From a virus: a stretch of DNA of 45,960 nt. How positions within the stretch are numbered: position 1 is the stretch's first letter; every line of letters begins with the position of its first letter. The notes beneath the pieces are model-generated. The model was not told where the DNA came from, searched no databases, and saw nothing but the letters and a program-made list of their open reading frames with translations. Location of the stretch: the IMG/VR virus record IMGVR_UViG_3300020049_011007; one strand, written 5' to 3'. The position numbers were made by a program, and so were the translations under genes. This document shows, in pieces, positions 25,323 to 33,611 of the stretch.

Positions 25323-25493
25323 ATGAAAAAATACGAAATTATCTATCAAGCGAAGGTGACTATTGTAGTTGAAGCTTCTAATGAACAGGCGGCTCTTAAT
25401 AAAGCCCAAAAGGCAACATTGAAGGCTAGTGAGCAAGATGGTATTTATCTTGAGCCAATTGGTACTGAATTTAAATTTAATGAGATCGAATAA
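25323..25493 (+). CDS. Small hypothetical protein (56 aa)
   Basis: ATG 7 nt after the preceding stop. MKKYEIIYQAKVTIVVEASNEQAALNKAQKATLKASEQDGIYLEPIGTEFKFNEIE. Confidence 0.5.
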   Translation: MKKYEIIYQAKVTIVVEASNEQAALNKAQKATLKASEQDGIYLEPIGTEFKFNEIE

Positions 25494-25572
25494 AGGAACG
25501 CACTAACTTCATATGAAAGACTCGACAAAGACAGCGGGTTGAAAGAGGGAGGAAATGCAGGAGTTGTGAAGA

Positions 25573-25818
25573 TTAGTGCGAATAATCATGCAACTCAATT
25601 TCCTCAATGTCTTTAAATAAACCCAGAAAGTCCAATACTGCTAATGCCGCTTGAGGGCTTAAAATTCTCAAGTAATTATCGCAGCACGGCTTCTGGGTTA
25701 ATTTCTTCGTATTTCTATGCATGTCTAAAAAACGTGTATAGAAAAGCGCGGAAATGCGTGGGCTTTCTGACAAATCTTCGTGGTCAATGAAGGGCAGTTC
25801 AAACCCATCATACTGCAC
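25573..25818 (-). CDS. Lone opposite-strand ORF inside the rightward module
   Basis: It is the only ORF of 60 aa or more on either strand across 25500..25830. 81 aa, ATG start. Confidence 0.4.
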   Translation of the reverse strand: MQYDGFELPFIDHEDLSESPRISALFYTRFLDMHRNTKKLTQKPCCDNYLRILSPQAALAVLDFLGLFKDIEEIELHDYSH

Positions 25819-25833
25819 AATTTTATTAAAACT

Positions 25834-26118
25834 ATGACTGAAATTTACAATCGCGAAAAAGGATTAACTTTAAGCGCAGAAAAAAGCAATTCACTTACTA
25901 CTTTTAAAATTTTCCGCGATGTTATTATTCGAGATAATCTTAAGAAGAGGCTAGACATCACTGGTCAAGTTGATGCAAAAGGACTTATTGATTTTAAAGT
26001 AAACGTACCCTTAAATTCCAGCAGTTATTTTGACGGATTTTGCAGCGATATGCAATGGGTATCTAGTGAACTTAAAAAAATAGTTGAAGCACTGGACGCG
26101 ATGACCCCAACGCCGTAA
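25834..26118 (+). CDS. Hypothetical protein
   Basis: The track ORF is 25780..26118. The ATG at 25834 (MTEIYNREKG...) avoids overlap with the antisense ORF. Confidence 0.5.
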   Translation: MTEIYNREKGLTLSAEKSNSLTTFKIFRDVIIRDNLKKRLDITGQVDAKGLIDFKVNVPLNSSSYFDGFCSDMQWVSSELKKIVEALDAMTPTP

Positions 26119-26172
26119 GAACGGGGCAAATAATTCTTGATTCTTAGGAATAGGGGTTGAGAGTAGTAGAAG

Positions 26173-26216
26173 AAATTAATCATCAGGGCACGGAGATTAA
26201 TTTTGATTTCTTTTTT
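26173..26216 (+). terminator. AT-rich hairpin plus T-tract (weak terminator or operator)
   Basis: AAATTAATC (26173..26181) pairs with GATTAATTT (26195..26203) and is followed by tgatttctttttt. Confidence 0.3.
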
Positions 26217-26271
26217 ATGGTCGGGATGAGTGCCCTTGTTCCGACCGCCAAACTACAAAGGGCACATACTA

Positions 26272-27054
26272 ATGTCAGAAAAAATCAGAGATAGCTTCAT
26301 ATTTTATCGAAGCTTCTACCAATCAGCAAAAAAACTACCAAAAGAAGACAAGGCAGAGCTTTTTGATGCTATTTGCTCTTATGCCCTTGATGGCGAATCA
26401 GTTGAAATGTCAGTAGTCCCAGAAGCTATTTTTACAGTAATCAAACCTAACTTAGACGCAAACAGGCGTAAGTGGGAGAATGGGTGCAAAGAGAAGAAGA
26501 AGTCTAGCGAAAGTGAAGCTGAAGAAGATCAAGAAATAAGCAAAGACGAAGCAAACGATAAGCAAACTATAAGCAAAGCACAAGGCAATGTAAATGTAGA
26601 TGTTAATGATAATGAAGAATGTAAATCAGAATTAAAATCTAAATCAGAATCTAAAAGATTTTTCCGCCCAACTCTCCAAGAAGTTTCAGATTATTGCCAA
26701 GAAAGAAAAAACACAGTCAATCCTCAAAAGTGGATTAACCACTATGAAAGCAATGGATGGAAAGTAGGTAAAAACTCAATGAAAGATTGGAAAGCTGCTG
26801 TAAGAACTTGGGAAGGTAATAGTTTTAATTCTACTCCAAAACCAGAAACAACCAAAGACTCATTCTGCCAAGACCTAAACCAATCACTAGGTCAAGACTT
26901 AATCAAAAGCCTAATCGAAGGCGAAATAATCACAATAAAACTAACTGGCGCTTCTGCAAACGATAAATGGGACGCATTGAGTCAAGATTTAAAAGAAAGC
27001 GTTCTTGCAAAAGTGAAAGCCAAATTCGGCAAAGAAACTAAAATCTCATTTTAA
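26272..27054 (+). CDS. Replisome organizer / helicase-loader-type replication protein
   Basis: N-terminus DSFIFYRSFYQSAKKLPKEDKAELFDAICSYALDG (DUF6291-like). C-terminus FRPTLQEVSDYCQERKN...WINHYESNGWKVGKNSMKDWKAAVRTWE is typical of phage replication-initiation proteins. It lies directly upstream of dnaB. Confidence 0.6.
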   Translation: MSEKIRDSFIFYRSFYQSAKKLPKEDKAELFDAICSYALDGESVEMSVVPEAIFTVIKPNLDANRRKWENGCKEKKKSSESEAEEDQEISKDEANDKQTISKAQGNVNVDVNDNEECKSELKSKSESKRFFRPTLQEVSDYCQERKNTVNPQKWINHYESNGWKVGKNSMKDWKAAVRTWEGNSFNSTPKPETTKDSFCQDLNQSLGQDLIKSLIEGEIITIKLTGASANDKWDALSQDLKESVLAKVKAKFGKETKISF

Positions 27055-27056
27055 GC

Positions 27057-28352
27057 ATGATTCACACTACAACTTTTTTTAACACAGAGGCAGAGCAATC
27101 AGTGCTTGGAACGATAATTCTGCATGATTATTACTTGCCTAAGGTTATCGATTTCTTAGAACCTAAGCATTTTTACCACATAGAACATCAAGAAATTTTC
27201 TCTAACATCATTCAAACTTCTTCAATTGGGCCAGTAAATATGGTCACAATGAGAGAGTTTTTTATCAATAGCGAAGCAACTAAACCTAGTGGAGGATTAG
27301 AATATTTATCTAATCTTTTAGGTGCAGCTTCTTCAATTATCGACATTCGTGATTATGCTAAAATCATAGTCGATCGCTGGAAAAAAAGAGAAATAGAGTT
27401 TTTGTTGAATAAATCACTAAACGACATTAAAGACCACAAAAATTCTCTTAGTGCTGTAGTTGCAAATATTGAGAATGAGTTGCGCGGTCTTTCTACTCAT
27501 TCAGATAAAAGAAAAACCCATCATATCTCAGAGATGATTGATTTGATTGATTATAAAAGAAAAAACAAGATTGAGCCAAAAATAATTCCGTCTGGCTTTG
27601 ACGCTTTAGATAAAAAATTAAACGGCGGTTTCTATTCAAAGCAATTAGTGATAATTGGTGCGCGCACAGCAGTTGGTAAGACCACCCTTTTGCAAGACAT
27701 AGTGCTTAGGGTTTCTCGATCTCGCAAAAAATGTTTGCTAATTTCTTTAGAGGTTGATTCGGAAAGAGTCACTTTGAAATTTGTATCAAATGCAGCCAGC
27801 GTTCCTGCTTGGAAAATACAAAGAAATATTTTAACTCCGATGGAATATGAAAATGCCGCTAGGGCAGAGAAGGAAGTTAGAGAAATTGGAATTTACATCA
27901 ACGATTCTGGCGACTTAAAAGCTAGTGATATTGAGGCGATTATTAAAAACCAAATTGAGAAGCAGCCAGTTGACCTTGTGGCGATTGATTACATTCAACA
28001 CATCAAATACGAGAATGATAAAAACCTCAGCGCAACAATGGAAATCAGCAAAAACGTGGTAGCCCTCAAAGCTATGGCGCAGAAATTTGACGTGGCAATG
28101 ATCGCTGCTGCACAGATTAATCGAGCTGGAACAGACAAACCTACCTTAGCACATTTTGAAGGCTCTAGTGCGATTGAAAAGAACGCTGACGTGGCAATTA
28201 TTATTCACAGAGAAGAGCTAAAGGAAGAAGAGCGAGGAGATAGTTATTATTCAAATAGTGGCCTTTGGATAGTAGCTAAAAATAGAGATGGAAAAACTGG
28301 CGACATACCTTTCAAACTTGACGGAGAGTTTGGAAGATTTACTGAAATTTAA
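27057..28352 (+). CDS. dnaB: Replicative DNA helicase, DnaB family
   Basis: N-terminus AEQSVLGTIIL, Walker A GARTAVGKTT, Walker B LVAIDYIQ, AAAQINR, and the ending VAKNRDGKTG. Confidence 0.9.
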   Translation: MIHTTTFFNTEAEQSVLGTIILHDYYLPKVIDFLEPKHFYHIEHQEIFSNIIQTSSIGPVNMVTMREFFINSEATKPSGGLEYLSNLLGAASSIIDIRDYAKIIVDRWKKREIEFLLNKSLNDIKDHKNSLSAVVANIENELRGLSTHSDKRKTHHISEMIDLIDYKRKNKIEPKIIPSGFDALDKKLNGGFYSKQLVIIGARTAVGKTTLLQDIVLRVSRSRKKCLLISLEVDSERVTLKFVSNAASVPAWKIQRNILTPMEYENAARAEKEVREIGIYINDSGDLKASDIEAIIKNQIEKQPVDLVAIDYIQHIKYENDKNLSATMEISKNVVALKAMAQKFDVAMIAAAQINRAGTDKPTLAHFEGSSAIEKNADVAIIIHREELKEEERGDSYYSNSGLWIVAKNRDGKTGDIPFKLDGEFGRFTEI

Positions 28353-28365
28353 TTTTTGAGGGAAA

Positions 28366-28494
28366 ATGATTCACATTAAAGATCTACTAGACCGCACAGT
28401 AGAAAGAGCAAGCAAAGCTAAGTTCTACCGCACTAACCGAGACATCTTCCTGCGCTATTTTGATAGCCTTGAGCAATATGAGGCTAAAAAATAA
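28366..28494 (+). CDS. Micro-ORF (42 aa)
   Basis: GAGGG RBS then ATG. MIHIKDLLDRTVERASKAKFYRTNRDIFLRYFDSLEQYEAKK. Confidence 0.35.
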   Translation: MIHIKDLLDRTVERASKAKFYRTNRDIFLRYFDSLEQYEAKK

Positions 28495-28539
28495 GTAATA
28501 ATTATTGCTACTTATTTCTCGCGATTTATATTCTATAAT

Positions 28540-29718
28540 ATGAAAGCATACAAAGTTAAAATCTATCCAAACAAAACACAGCAAAAAGCACTAGATGCTA
28601 ATTTTGGATGCTGCCGTTTTGTTTATAATAAGATGATAGAGATTAACCAGAAAAAGTATCATAGGACTGGCAAAGGGTTATCTAGTTATGAGATGAGTGC
28701 TTACTTACCAAAGATTAAGAAACAATACACTTTCTTAAAAGAAGCTAATTCTCAATCTCTTCAAGTAGTTTGCCACAATCTTGCTGATGCTTATAGTAAA
28801 TTCTTCCAAAAAAGAAGAGGGTTCCCTAATTTTAAGAAAAAGAATCATAAACAATCTTTCTCAACAACTAATAATTGTCGATTACTTGAGAATCGTTTGA
28901 GTTTACCAAAGATAGGTTTAGTAAAATTTAGAGGCGGAGAAAGACCCGAGGGTAAAACTAAGGCTTTCACTATCTCAAAAGATGCCACTGGTTATTATGC
29001 CAGCATTTTATTTGATGATGGTAAAAAAAACATTCTTGAGCAGGAAGTTAATAATGTTTTGGGAATTGATCTCGGAATTAAGGATTTTGCGATTTTGAGT
29101 AATGGCAAGAAGGTGAAGAATATGAGATTCACCAAGACCCATGAAAGAAAATTAAGAAAGTGGCAAAAAGCTTTGTCAAGAAGGGTCAAAGGAGGCAAGA
29201 AGAGAGAGCAAGCTAAGATAATGGTTGGCAGGATTCATAAGAATATTGCTAATCAAAGATTGGATTTTGCTCACAAAGTTTCAAGGCAGATTGTTAATAG
29301 TTGCGATAACCAAACAGCTATTGCGGTCGAGTCGTTAGCAGTTTCAAACATGATGAAAAACCACAGTTTAGCAAAAAGTATTGCTGATTGTGCTTGGAAT
29401 CAGTTTGGAACTTTTCTGAAATACAAAGCCGCCGATGTTGGCAAACAAGTGATTGAGATTGGGAGATTTTACCCAAGCTCGAAAACCTGTTCATCGTGTG
29501 GAGTTGTAAATGGTGATCTGAAGTTGAGTGATAGGAATTGGAAGTGTAGCAGTTGTGAATCAGAGCATGATCGCGACCTAAATGCTGCAATCAATATCGC
29601 AATGGAAGGCGCTAGAATATACAAAGCGGGCAGGAAGCTCGCTGGTGGAGAGGATGTTAGCCTTGGGATGATATTGCAAAATATCGAACAAGCTACCTCT
29701 GTGAAGCCGTTAAACTAA
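28540..29718 (+). CDS. tnpB: TnpB RNA-guided endonuclease (IS605 OrfB family)
   Basis: MKAYKVKIYPNKTQ...FGCCRFVYN N-terminus. RuvC D in GIDLGIKDFA, E in AIAVESLAV, zinc ribbon CSSCGVV...CSSCESEH, and RuvC-III HDRDLNAAINI. Confidence 0.9.
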   Translation: MKAYKVKIYPNKTQQKALDANFGCCRFVYNKMIEINQKKYHRTGKGLSSYEMSAYLPKIKKQYTFLKEANSQSLQVVCHNLADAYSKFFQKRRGFPNFKKKNHKQSFSTTNNCRLLENRLSLPKIGLVKFRGGERPEGKTKAFTISKDATGYYASILFDDGKKNILEQEVNNVLGIDLGIKDFAILSNGKKVKNMRFTKTHERKLRKWQKALSRRVKGGKKREQAKIMVGRIHKNIANQRLDFAHKVSRQIVNSCDNQTAIAVESLAVSNMMKNHSLAKSIADCAWNQFGTFLKYKAADVGKQVIEIGRFYPSSKTCSSCGVVNGDLKLSDRNWKCSSCESEHDRDLNAAINIAMEGARIYKAGRKLAGGEDVSLGMILQNIEQATSVKPLN

Positions 29719-29800
29719 TTTATTAGGAAATCCGAGAGGCTTTGATTTTAGCGGGTAATTTTGAGAAGTTAGAGGGTATTATTGGAGAGCAGAGTAATTT
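29570..29800 (+). ncRNA. Predicted omega-RNA (reRNA) scaffold overlapping the tnpB 3' end and right end
   Basis: Inferred from the known TnpB architecture only. I could not define the fold or the exact 3' boundary by eye. Confidence 0.3.
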
Positions 29801-29816
29801 TAGAATGGGGGAATAA

Positions 29817-30197
29817 ATGAATTTAGAAAAGTTAAAACATATTTTGAATTTAGAATCGAGAGACGAAGTGAAGGAAGTTTTATTTTTAGAGCAGCTTTCT
29901 AAAGAAGAGGATATCATACCGAAAATACTTCAACTTCTTCAGGCGGAAAGGAGTAGGAATCAAAACATCATTTCAGATATGAACTTTGAGCTTTCACGCA
30001 CTTTTGCCTACATCACTGAAGCAGGATTTGATAAAAAGAAAAAAGGATTTAGCGCAGAATTTGTTCTTGGTGAAATCAAGGCCTTTTATCGCAAATACAA
30101 AACAACGATTTCACATACTTACAGAGGCAGTGAATGGGGCAAGAAACATTTAGCAGATGTTTATTCTCAAGACGTAAAGAAAAAAGGGGGAAGATGA
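29817..30197 (+). CDS. Hypothetical protein
   Basis: ORF track. Confidence 0.55.
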   Translation: MNLEKLKHILNLESRDEVKEVLFLEQLSKEEDIIPKILQLLQAERSRNQNIISDMNFELSRTFAYITEAGFDKKKKGFSAEFVLGEIKAFYRKYKTTISHTYRGSEWGKKHLADVYSQDVKKKGGR

Positions 30198-30532
30198 AAA
30201 CATTTGAAGTTCCAATAATCTGGGAAGCAGCTCTCCAATACCTAAGCTACGACCTTTGCCGAGTAATGGGGAATAAAACCCAGCAAGATTATCCTTCACC
30301 TTTCAGCAACTCTGGCAACAAATTCAAGTGCGATGTTTTTGAAGTTGAAGCTTATTCTTGGGGTGATGATGAACAGCCTTTTAATTTTAAATGGCGTGAT
30401 GTTGAGATTAGCTGGTATAAATGGTGCGGTAGGGGCATGAGTTCTAACGTTGAGCTAACTGCTGACTTAGCAAGTGAAATGCTGAGAGAGTGTTTGGAAT
30501 GTTTGCAGATCATGGATAAGATAGAACTATGA
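30194..30532 (+). CDS. Hypothetical protein
   Basis: ATG at 30194 (ATGA overlap); MKTFEVPIIWEAALQY... Confidence 0.55.
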   Translation: MKTFEVPIIWEAALQYLSYDLCRVMGNKTQQDYPSPFSNSGNKFKCDVFEVEAYSWGDDEQPFNFKWRDVEISWYKWCGRGMSSNVELTADLASEMLRECLECLQIMDKIEL

Positions 30533-30750
30533 GAGTCCCAAAAAAACTTTGTGACGACTTAAGGAAATACGATTATTTCGTCTCGACTACAGGTAAAAGT
30601 AGATTTAATGGCGGTCGCATGATTAATGATGCAACTCTTAAAGCTCTCATAAAAGAATACAAAAAAGGTGGAGATATTAACAGCTACAATTCTCAATTTC
30701 CACCATCTCCTGCCAAGTCTAGTTGGGGAAAACTTTTAAGAGGCTTATAG
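30529..30750 (+). CDS. Hypothetical protein
   Basis: ORF track; ATGA overlap. Confidence 0.5.
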   Translation: MRVPKKLCDDLRKYDYFVSTTGKSRFNGGRMINDATLKALIKEYKKGGDINSYNSQFPPSPAKSSWGKLLRGL

Positions 30751-30751
30751 C

Positions 30752-30916
30752 ATGCAAAGTATATACATCGTCAATACTCCATTCCTCAAAAAATTAAAGC
30801 TAAAATTATTCGGCGAATTAATCTCAAAAGAAATTGTTGATTATGGAACTTTTAAGATTGAGTCCACCTGCTACGACTACAACGGGCTGCATTGGCTGAT
30901 TCGTAAAATAATTTGA
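30752..30916 (+). CDS. Small hypothetical protein (54 aa)
   Basis: ATG 2 nt after the preceding stop; MQSIYIVNTPFLKKLKLKLFGELISKEIVDYGTFKIESTCYDYNGLHWLIRKII. Confidence 0.45.
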   Translation: MQSIYIVNTPFLKKLKLKLFGELISKEIVDYGTFKIESTCYDYNGLHWLIRKII

Positions 30917-30925
30917 AATAAGGGG

Positions 30926-30954
30926 TTGCAAGTTAGAAAAGGTGTGTTTAAAGT
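30926..30954 (+). promoter_or_regulatory. Early/middle promoter with a shared operator-like block
   Basis: TTGCAA (30926..30931), N17, TAAAGT (30949..30954). The 24-nt block AAAGGTGTGTTTAAAGTGTGTTTA (30938..30961) is identical to 35026..35049. Confidence 0.6.
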
Positions 30955-30987
30955 GTGTTTATCGAACAACAACAAATGAGGGACAAA

Positions 30988-31209
30988 ATGAAAGAACAAC
31001 AAAGTGCGTTTTTAAAAGATATTACTAGCCTATCAAAAACGGAATTTAACGAATTACTGGTTGAGGATTTTATCGAGGAAGCTGAGAAAGCAAAACAAGT
31101 TCTGCAAAACTTAATCGACCAAGCCCAAGATTTAATCAACGCTAAAGTTGAAAGATTAGTTGATAGTTTTGGTGGTGGAGTTTCTGCCAGAGAAATAGCG
31201 GGGGATTAA
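30988..31209 (+). CDS. Hypothetical acidic helical protein
   Basis: GAGGG RBS then ATG at 30988. The track start at 30955 lies inside the promoter. Confidence 0.5.
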   Translation: MKEQQSAFLKDITSLSKTEFNELLVEDFIEEAEKAKQVLQNLIDQAQDLINAKVERLVDSFGGGVSAREIAGD

Positions 31210-31454
31210 TGCCAAAATATAAAGTAGGTGACGATGTTTTTATCTGCCGCACGGATGCTATCGGATTTTCTGTAAAATATCACAAAGTAATGGAAGTTAG
31301 GATTCTAAAAAAATTTACTAGATATTCCGTAAATCAAGAACGTTTCTGGCCAAGAAGAACCGATTGGTCTGATTACCTAGAAGGAGAGTTATTTACTGAA
31401 GAAGAAGCAAAGGAGCAATTTAATCAATGGTTGAGGCAAGATGCCAAAGTATAA
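31209..31454 (+). CDS. Hypothetical protein
   Basis: ORF track. Confidence 0.5.
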   Translation: MPKYKVGDDVFICRTDAIGFSVKYHKVMEVRILKKFTRYSVNQERFWPRRTDWSDYLEGELFTEEEAKEQFNQWLRQDAKV

Positions 31455-31623
31455 AATCCTAGTCACTAAAATCACCGAACACTACGAAGTTGTAGAAGTT
31501 GATGGCGAAACTGACTTAGAAGCTAGAACAAATGCGATTAGAGATTTAAGAGATGACGAGAGCGAGTTAAGATGGAATAGGGACGATAAGATTAAATTTA
31601 AAGCGGAGGTTGTTCATGGATGA
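31441..31623 (+). CDS. Hypothetical protein
   Basis: ORF track. Confidence 0.45.
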   Translation: MPKYKILVTKITEHYEVVEVDGETDLEARTNAIRDLRDDESELRWNRDDKIKFKAEVVHG

Positions 31624-31682
31624 GAGGGATTCACAGGAATATTATTACTATTGGGCAAGTCAAATTAACAAATAGGTAAAAC

Positions 31683-32381
31683 ATGACAGAAAAAACAATC
31701 AACAATTTCGCAAAAGCTTTTATTGCAGCGCAATCAGAAATGGGCAATGCTACAAAAGACAGCAATAATCCGTTCTTCAAGTCAAAATACGCTGACCTTA
31801 ATTCAGTTCGTGAAGCTTGCCTACCAGCCCTTAATGCTCACGGTATTGCGGTGTTGCAACCAATCGTTCAAATAGATGGCAAGAACTTTGTTAAAACGCT
31901 TCTGCTCCATGAAAGCGGGGAGTCAATGGAAGGCCTTACAGAAATCATTTACAGCAAACAAAACGATGCTCAGGCTCAAGGTTCAGGGATTACCTACGCA
32001 AGACGCTATGGTTTGCAGTCTTTGGTTAATATTGGCGCTGAGGATGATGACGGCAATAAGGCCTCAGAAAAACCAAAAGGTAATGACAGAGGCTTTATGA
32101 AAGAAAAGCCATCAAACAGCATCGCTGACGACCAAGGTATGCAAGAACTCAAAAGTCAGAAAAAAGAAACTAGCTTGGCAGATAAGAAGAAGAAAGCCGA
32201 GGATTTCTTTGCTAAAACAAAAATCCAACTTGAGCTATGCGAGAACTTAGAGCAAGTGCAAGCTTTAGAGAAAGAGAACCAAGTGGCTATTAACGGCCTT
32301 AACAAGCCTGAATATGGCAGCCTTTACTCAACGCTTTTAGAAGCGATTGATTATGTTAAACTTGGATTTGCGGGGGAGTAG
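31683..32381 (+). CDS. erf: ERF-family single-strand annealing recombinase
   Basis: NPFFKSKYADLNSVREACLPALNAHGIAVLQP ... GSGITYARRYGLQSL are hallmark ERF motifs. Confidence 0.8.
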   Translation: MTEKTINNFAKAFIAAQSEMGNATKDSNNPFFKSKYADLNSVREACLPALNAHGIAVLQPIVQIDGKNFVKTLLLHESGESMEGLTEIIYSKQNDAQAQGSGITYARRYGLQSLVNIGAEDDDGNKASEKPKGNDRGFMKEKPSNSIADDQGMQELKSQKKETSLADKKKKAEDFFAKTKIQLELCENLEQVQALEKENQVAINGLNKPEYGSLYSTLLEAIDYVKLGFAGE

Positions 32382-32498
32382 ATGACCTTAGAAGAAAAAT
32401 TAAGACTAGCTACGGAGGCTTTAGTAGAAATTGCCGAGTGGTCAGAGGGTAAAATTAGGGCGATTGCCGAAACTGCTTTAGAGGAATTGAAAAAATGA
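32382..32498 (+). CDS. Micro-ORF (38 aa, helical)
   Basis: The ATG is adjacent to the erf stop; MTLEEKLRLATEALVEIAEWSEGKIRAIAETALEELKK. Confidence 0.35.
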   Translation: MTLEEKLRLATEALVEIAEWSEGKIRAIAETALEELKK

Positions 32499-32528
32499 AA
32501 GTGAAAGAACTAATATTGGTAAATTGAA

Positions 32529-32960
32529 ATGAAACTCCTCTTCAACTTCCAAAACAAATCCACCTTCGGCCAGCTTCAAAAACAACTAAGCGATACTCTT
32601 TGCTCAATGCTGGCTGTGGGTAAGGATTTTTCGGTGGAGTTTAAAGAAGAGAAGAAAACTAAATCACAGGCCAGCCTTAATGGTTATTGGCGTTTATGCA
32701 CTTTGCTTGTGCCGTACGTTCGCAAGAGTTATGGAGAGATATTTGATAAAGAAATGGTAAGTGACTTGGCTAAGATTAGCGCGGGGTATTGTGTTAAAAC
32801 TAAAACAAGTTTATTGCCAAAGAGTTTAAAGACTATCAGCCAAGAGGATATGAACCTTTTGATTGAGAAGCTTTATTTTATGTGCAATTTTTATGGGCTA
32901 GAGGATTATGAGTTGGTGTCGTATGAGTTGCAGGAGATTAATAATTATTTTAAAGAATAA
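32529..32960 (+). CDS. Hypothetical protein (weak NinB/Orf-like resemblance)
   Basis: Lies between erf and ssb. KSQASLNGYWRLCTLL vaguely resembles NinB RSLDQNRKLWACLGDV. Confidence 0.3.
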   Translation: MKLLFNFQNKSTFGQLQKQLSDTLCSMLAVGKDFSVEFKEEKKTKSQASLNGYWRLCTLLVPYVRKSYGEIFDKEMVSDLAKISAGYCVKTKTSLLPKSLKTISQEDMNLLIEKLYFMCNFYGLEDYELVSYELQEINNYFKE

Positions 32961-33155
32961 ATGGGTTTCTTTGAAGTTCTAACACTAATATTCGTCACCC
33001 TTAAGCTAACCAACACAATAGATTGGTCTTGGTTCTGGGTGCTGCTTCCAGCTCTTCCAGTGATTATGATTTTTGGATTATGGTTGTTGGCGTTAATTCT
33101 AGGCGTGTGCTTAGGTGGTAAGGTTAAAATAACAAAAACTAAAAGGGAGAAATAA
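32961..33155 (+). CDS. Small membrane protein (2 TM)
   Basis: MGFFEVLTLIFVTLKL...WFWVLLPALPVIMIFGLWLLALILGV. Confidence 0.5.
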   Translation: MGFFEVLTLIFVTLKLTNTIDWSWFWVLLPALPVIMIFGLWLLALILGVCLGGKVKITKTKREK

Positions 33156-33587
33156 ATGTCAATTAATCGTGTAATTCTAGTGGGAACGCTAGGCAGAACT
33201 CCAGCTATTGGTCAAACACAAAACGGCAAAGACTATGCCAACTTTTCACTTGCAACAAGTAAAAAATGGAAAGACGCCAATGGGGAGAGACAAGAAAAAA
33301 CATCTTGGCATAATATCTCTTGTTGGGGTTCATTGGTTAAGGTTTGCCAATACCTAGACAAGGGAAGCAAGGTTTATTTAGAAGGGGAGCTTGAATATGG
33401 CACTTACAAGAACAAAGAAGGTGTTGAAGTCCCGAGTACTAAGATTGTTGCCAGCGTGATTGATATTATTAAGGGTAAGGAAAGAGAAGAGGGAATCTCG
33501 CAACATGCCCAAGACAAAGGAAATGGTTTTGCCCCAGAGTCTAATCATGTTGAAGAAGATTCTGACGAATCCACGATCCCATTTTAA
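33156..33587 (+). CDS. ssb: Single-stranded DNA-binding protein
   Basis: OB-fold N-terminus MSINRVILVGTLGRTP...TSWHNISCWG and an acidic tail ending DESTIPF. Confidence 0.9.
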   Translation: MSINRVILVGTLGRTPAIGQTQNGKDYANFSLATSKKWKDANGERQEKTSWHNISCWGSLVKVCQYLDKGSKVYLEGELEYGTYKNKEGVEVPSTKIVASVIDIIKGKEREEGISQHAQDKGNGFAPESNHVEEDSDESTIPF

Positions 33588-33611
33588 TTTAACCTACAGC
33601 CTGTAAGCTTC

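Larger units (their letters stand above)
28495..29800 (+). mobile_element. IS200/IS605-family TnpB-only element (IS1341-like); boundaries approximate
   Basis: tnpB is flanked by a left hairpin AAGTA..TACTT (28493..28513) and about 100 nt of non-coding right end. No tnpA is present. Confidence 0.5.

Noticed and set aside
28387-28584. 65-aa minus-strand ORF across the TnpB left end, and 29723..29917 (-) across the right end
   Set aside because: Both are antisense to better-supported features, AT-rich with low complexity, and have no RBS.
31876-32100. 74-aa alternative-frame ORF inside erf; similar cases at 19153..19436, 19558..19764, 34723..34911, 36251..36472, 37206..37640, 37961..38185, 39340..39615, 39696..39914, 40712..41193 and 41226..41411
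   Set aside because: These are overlapping or antisense shadow ORFs with no RBS, and the coding assignment of the host gene is much stronger.
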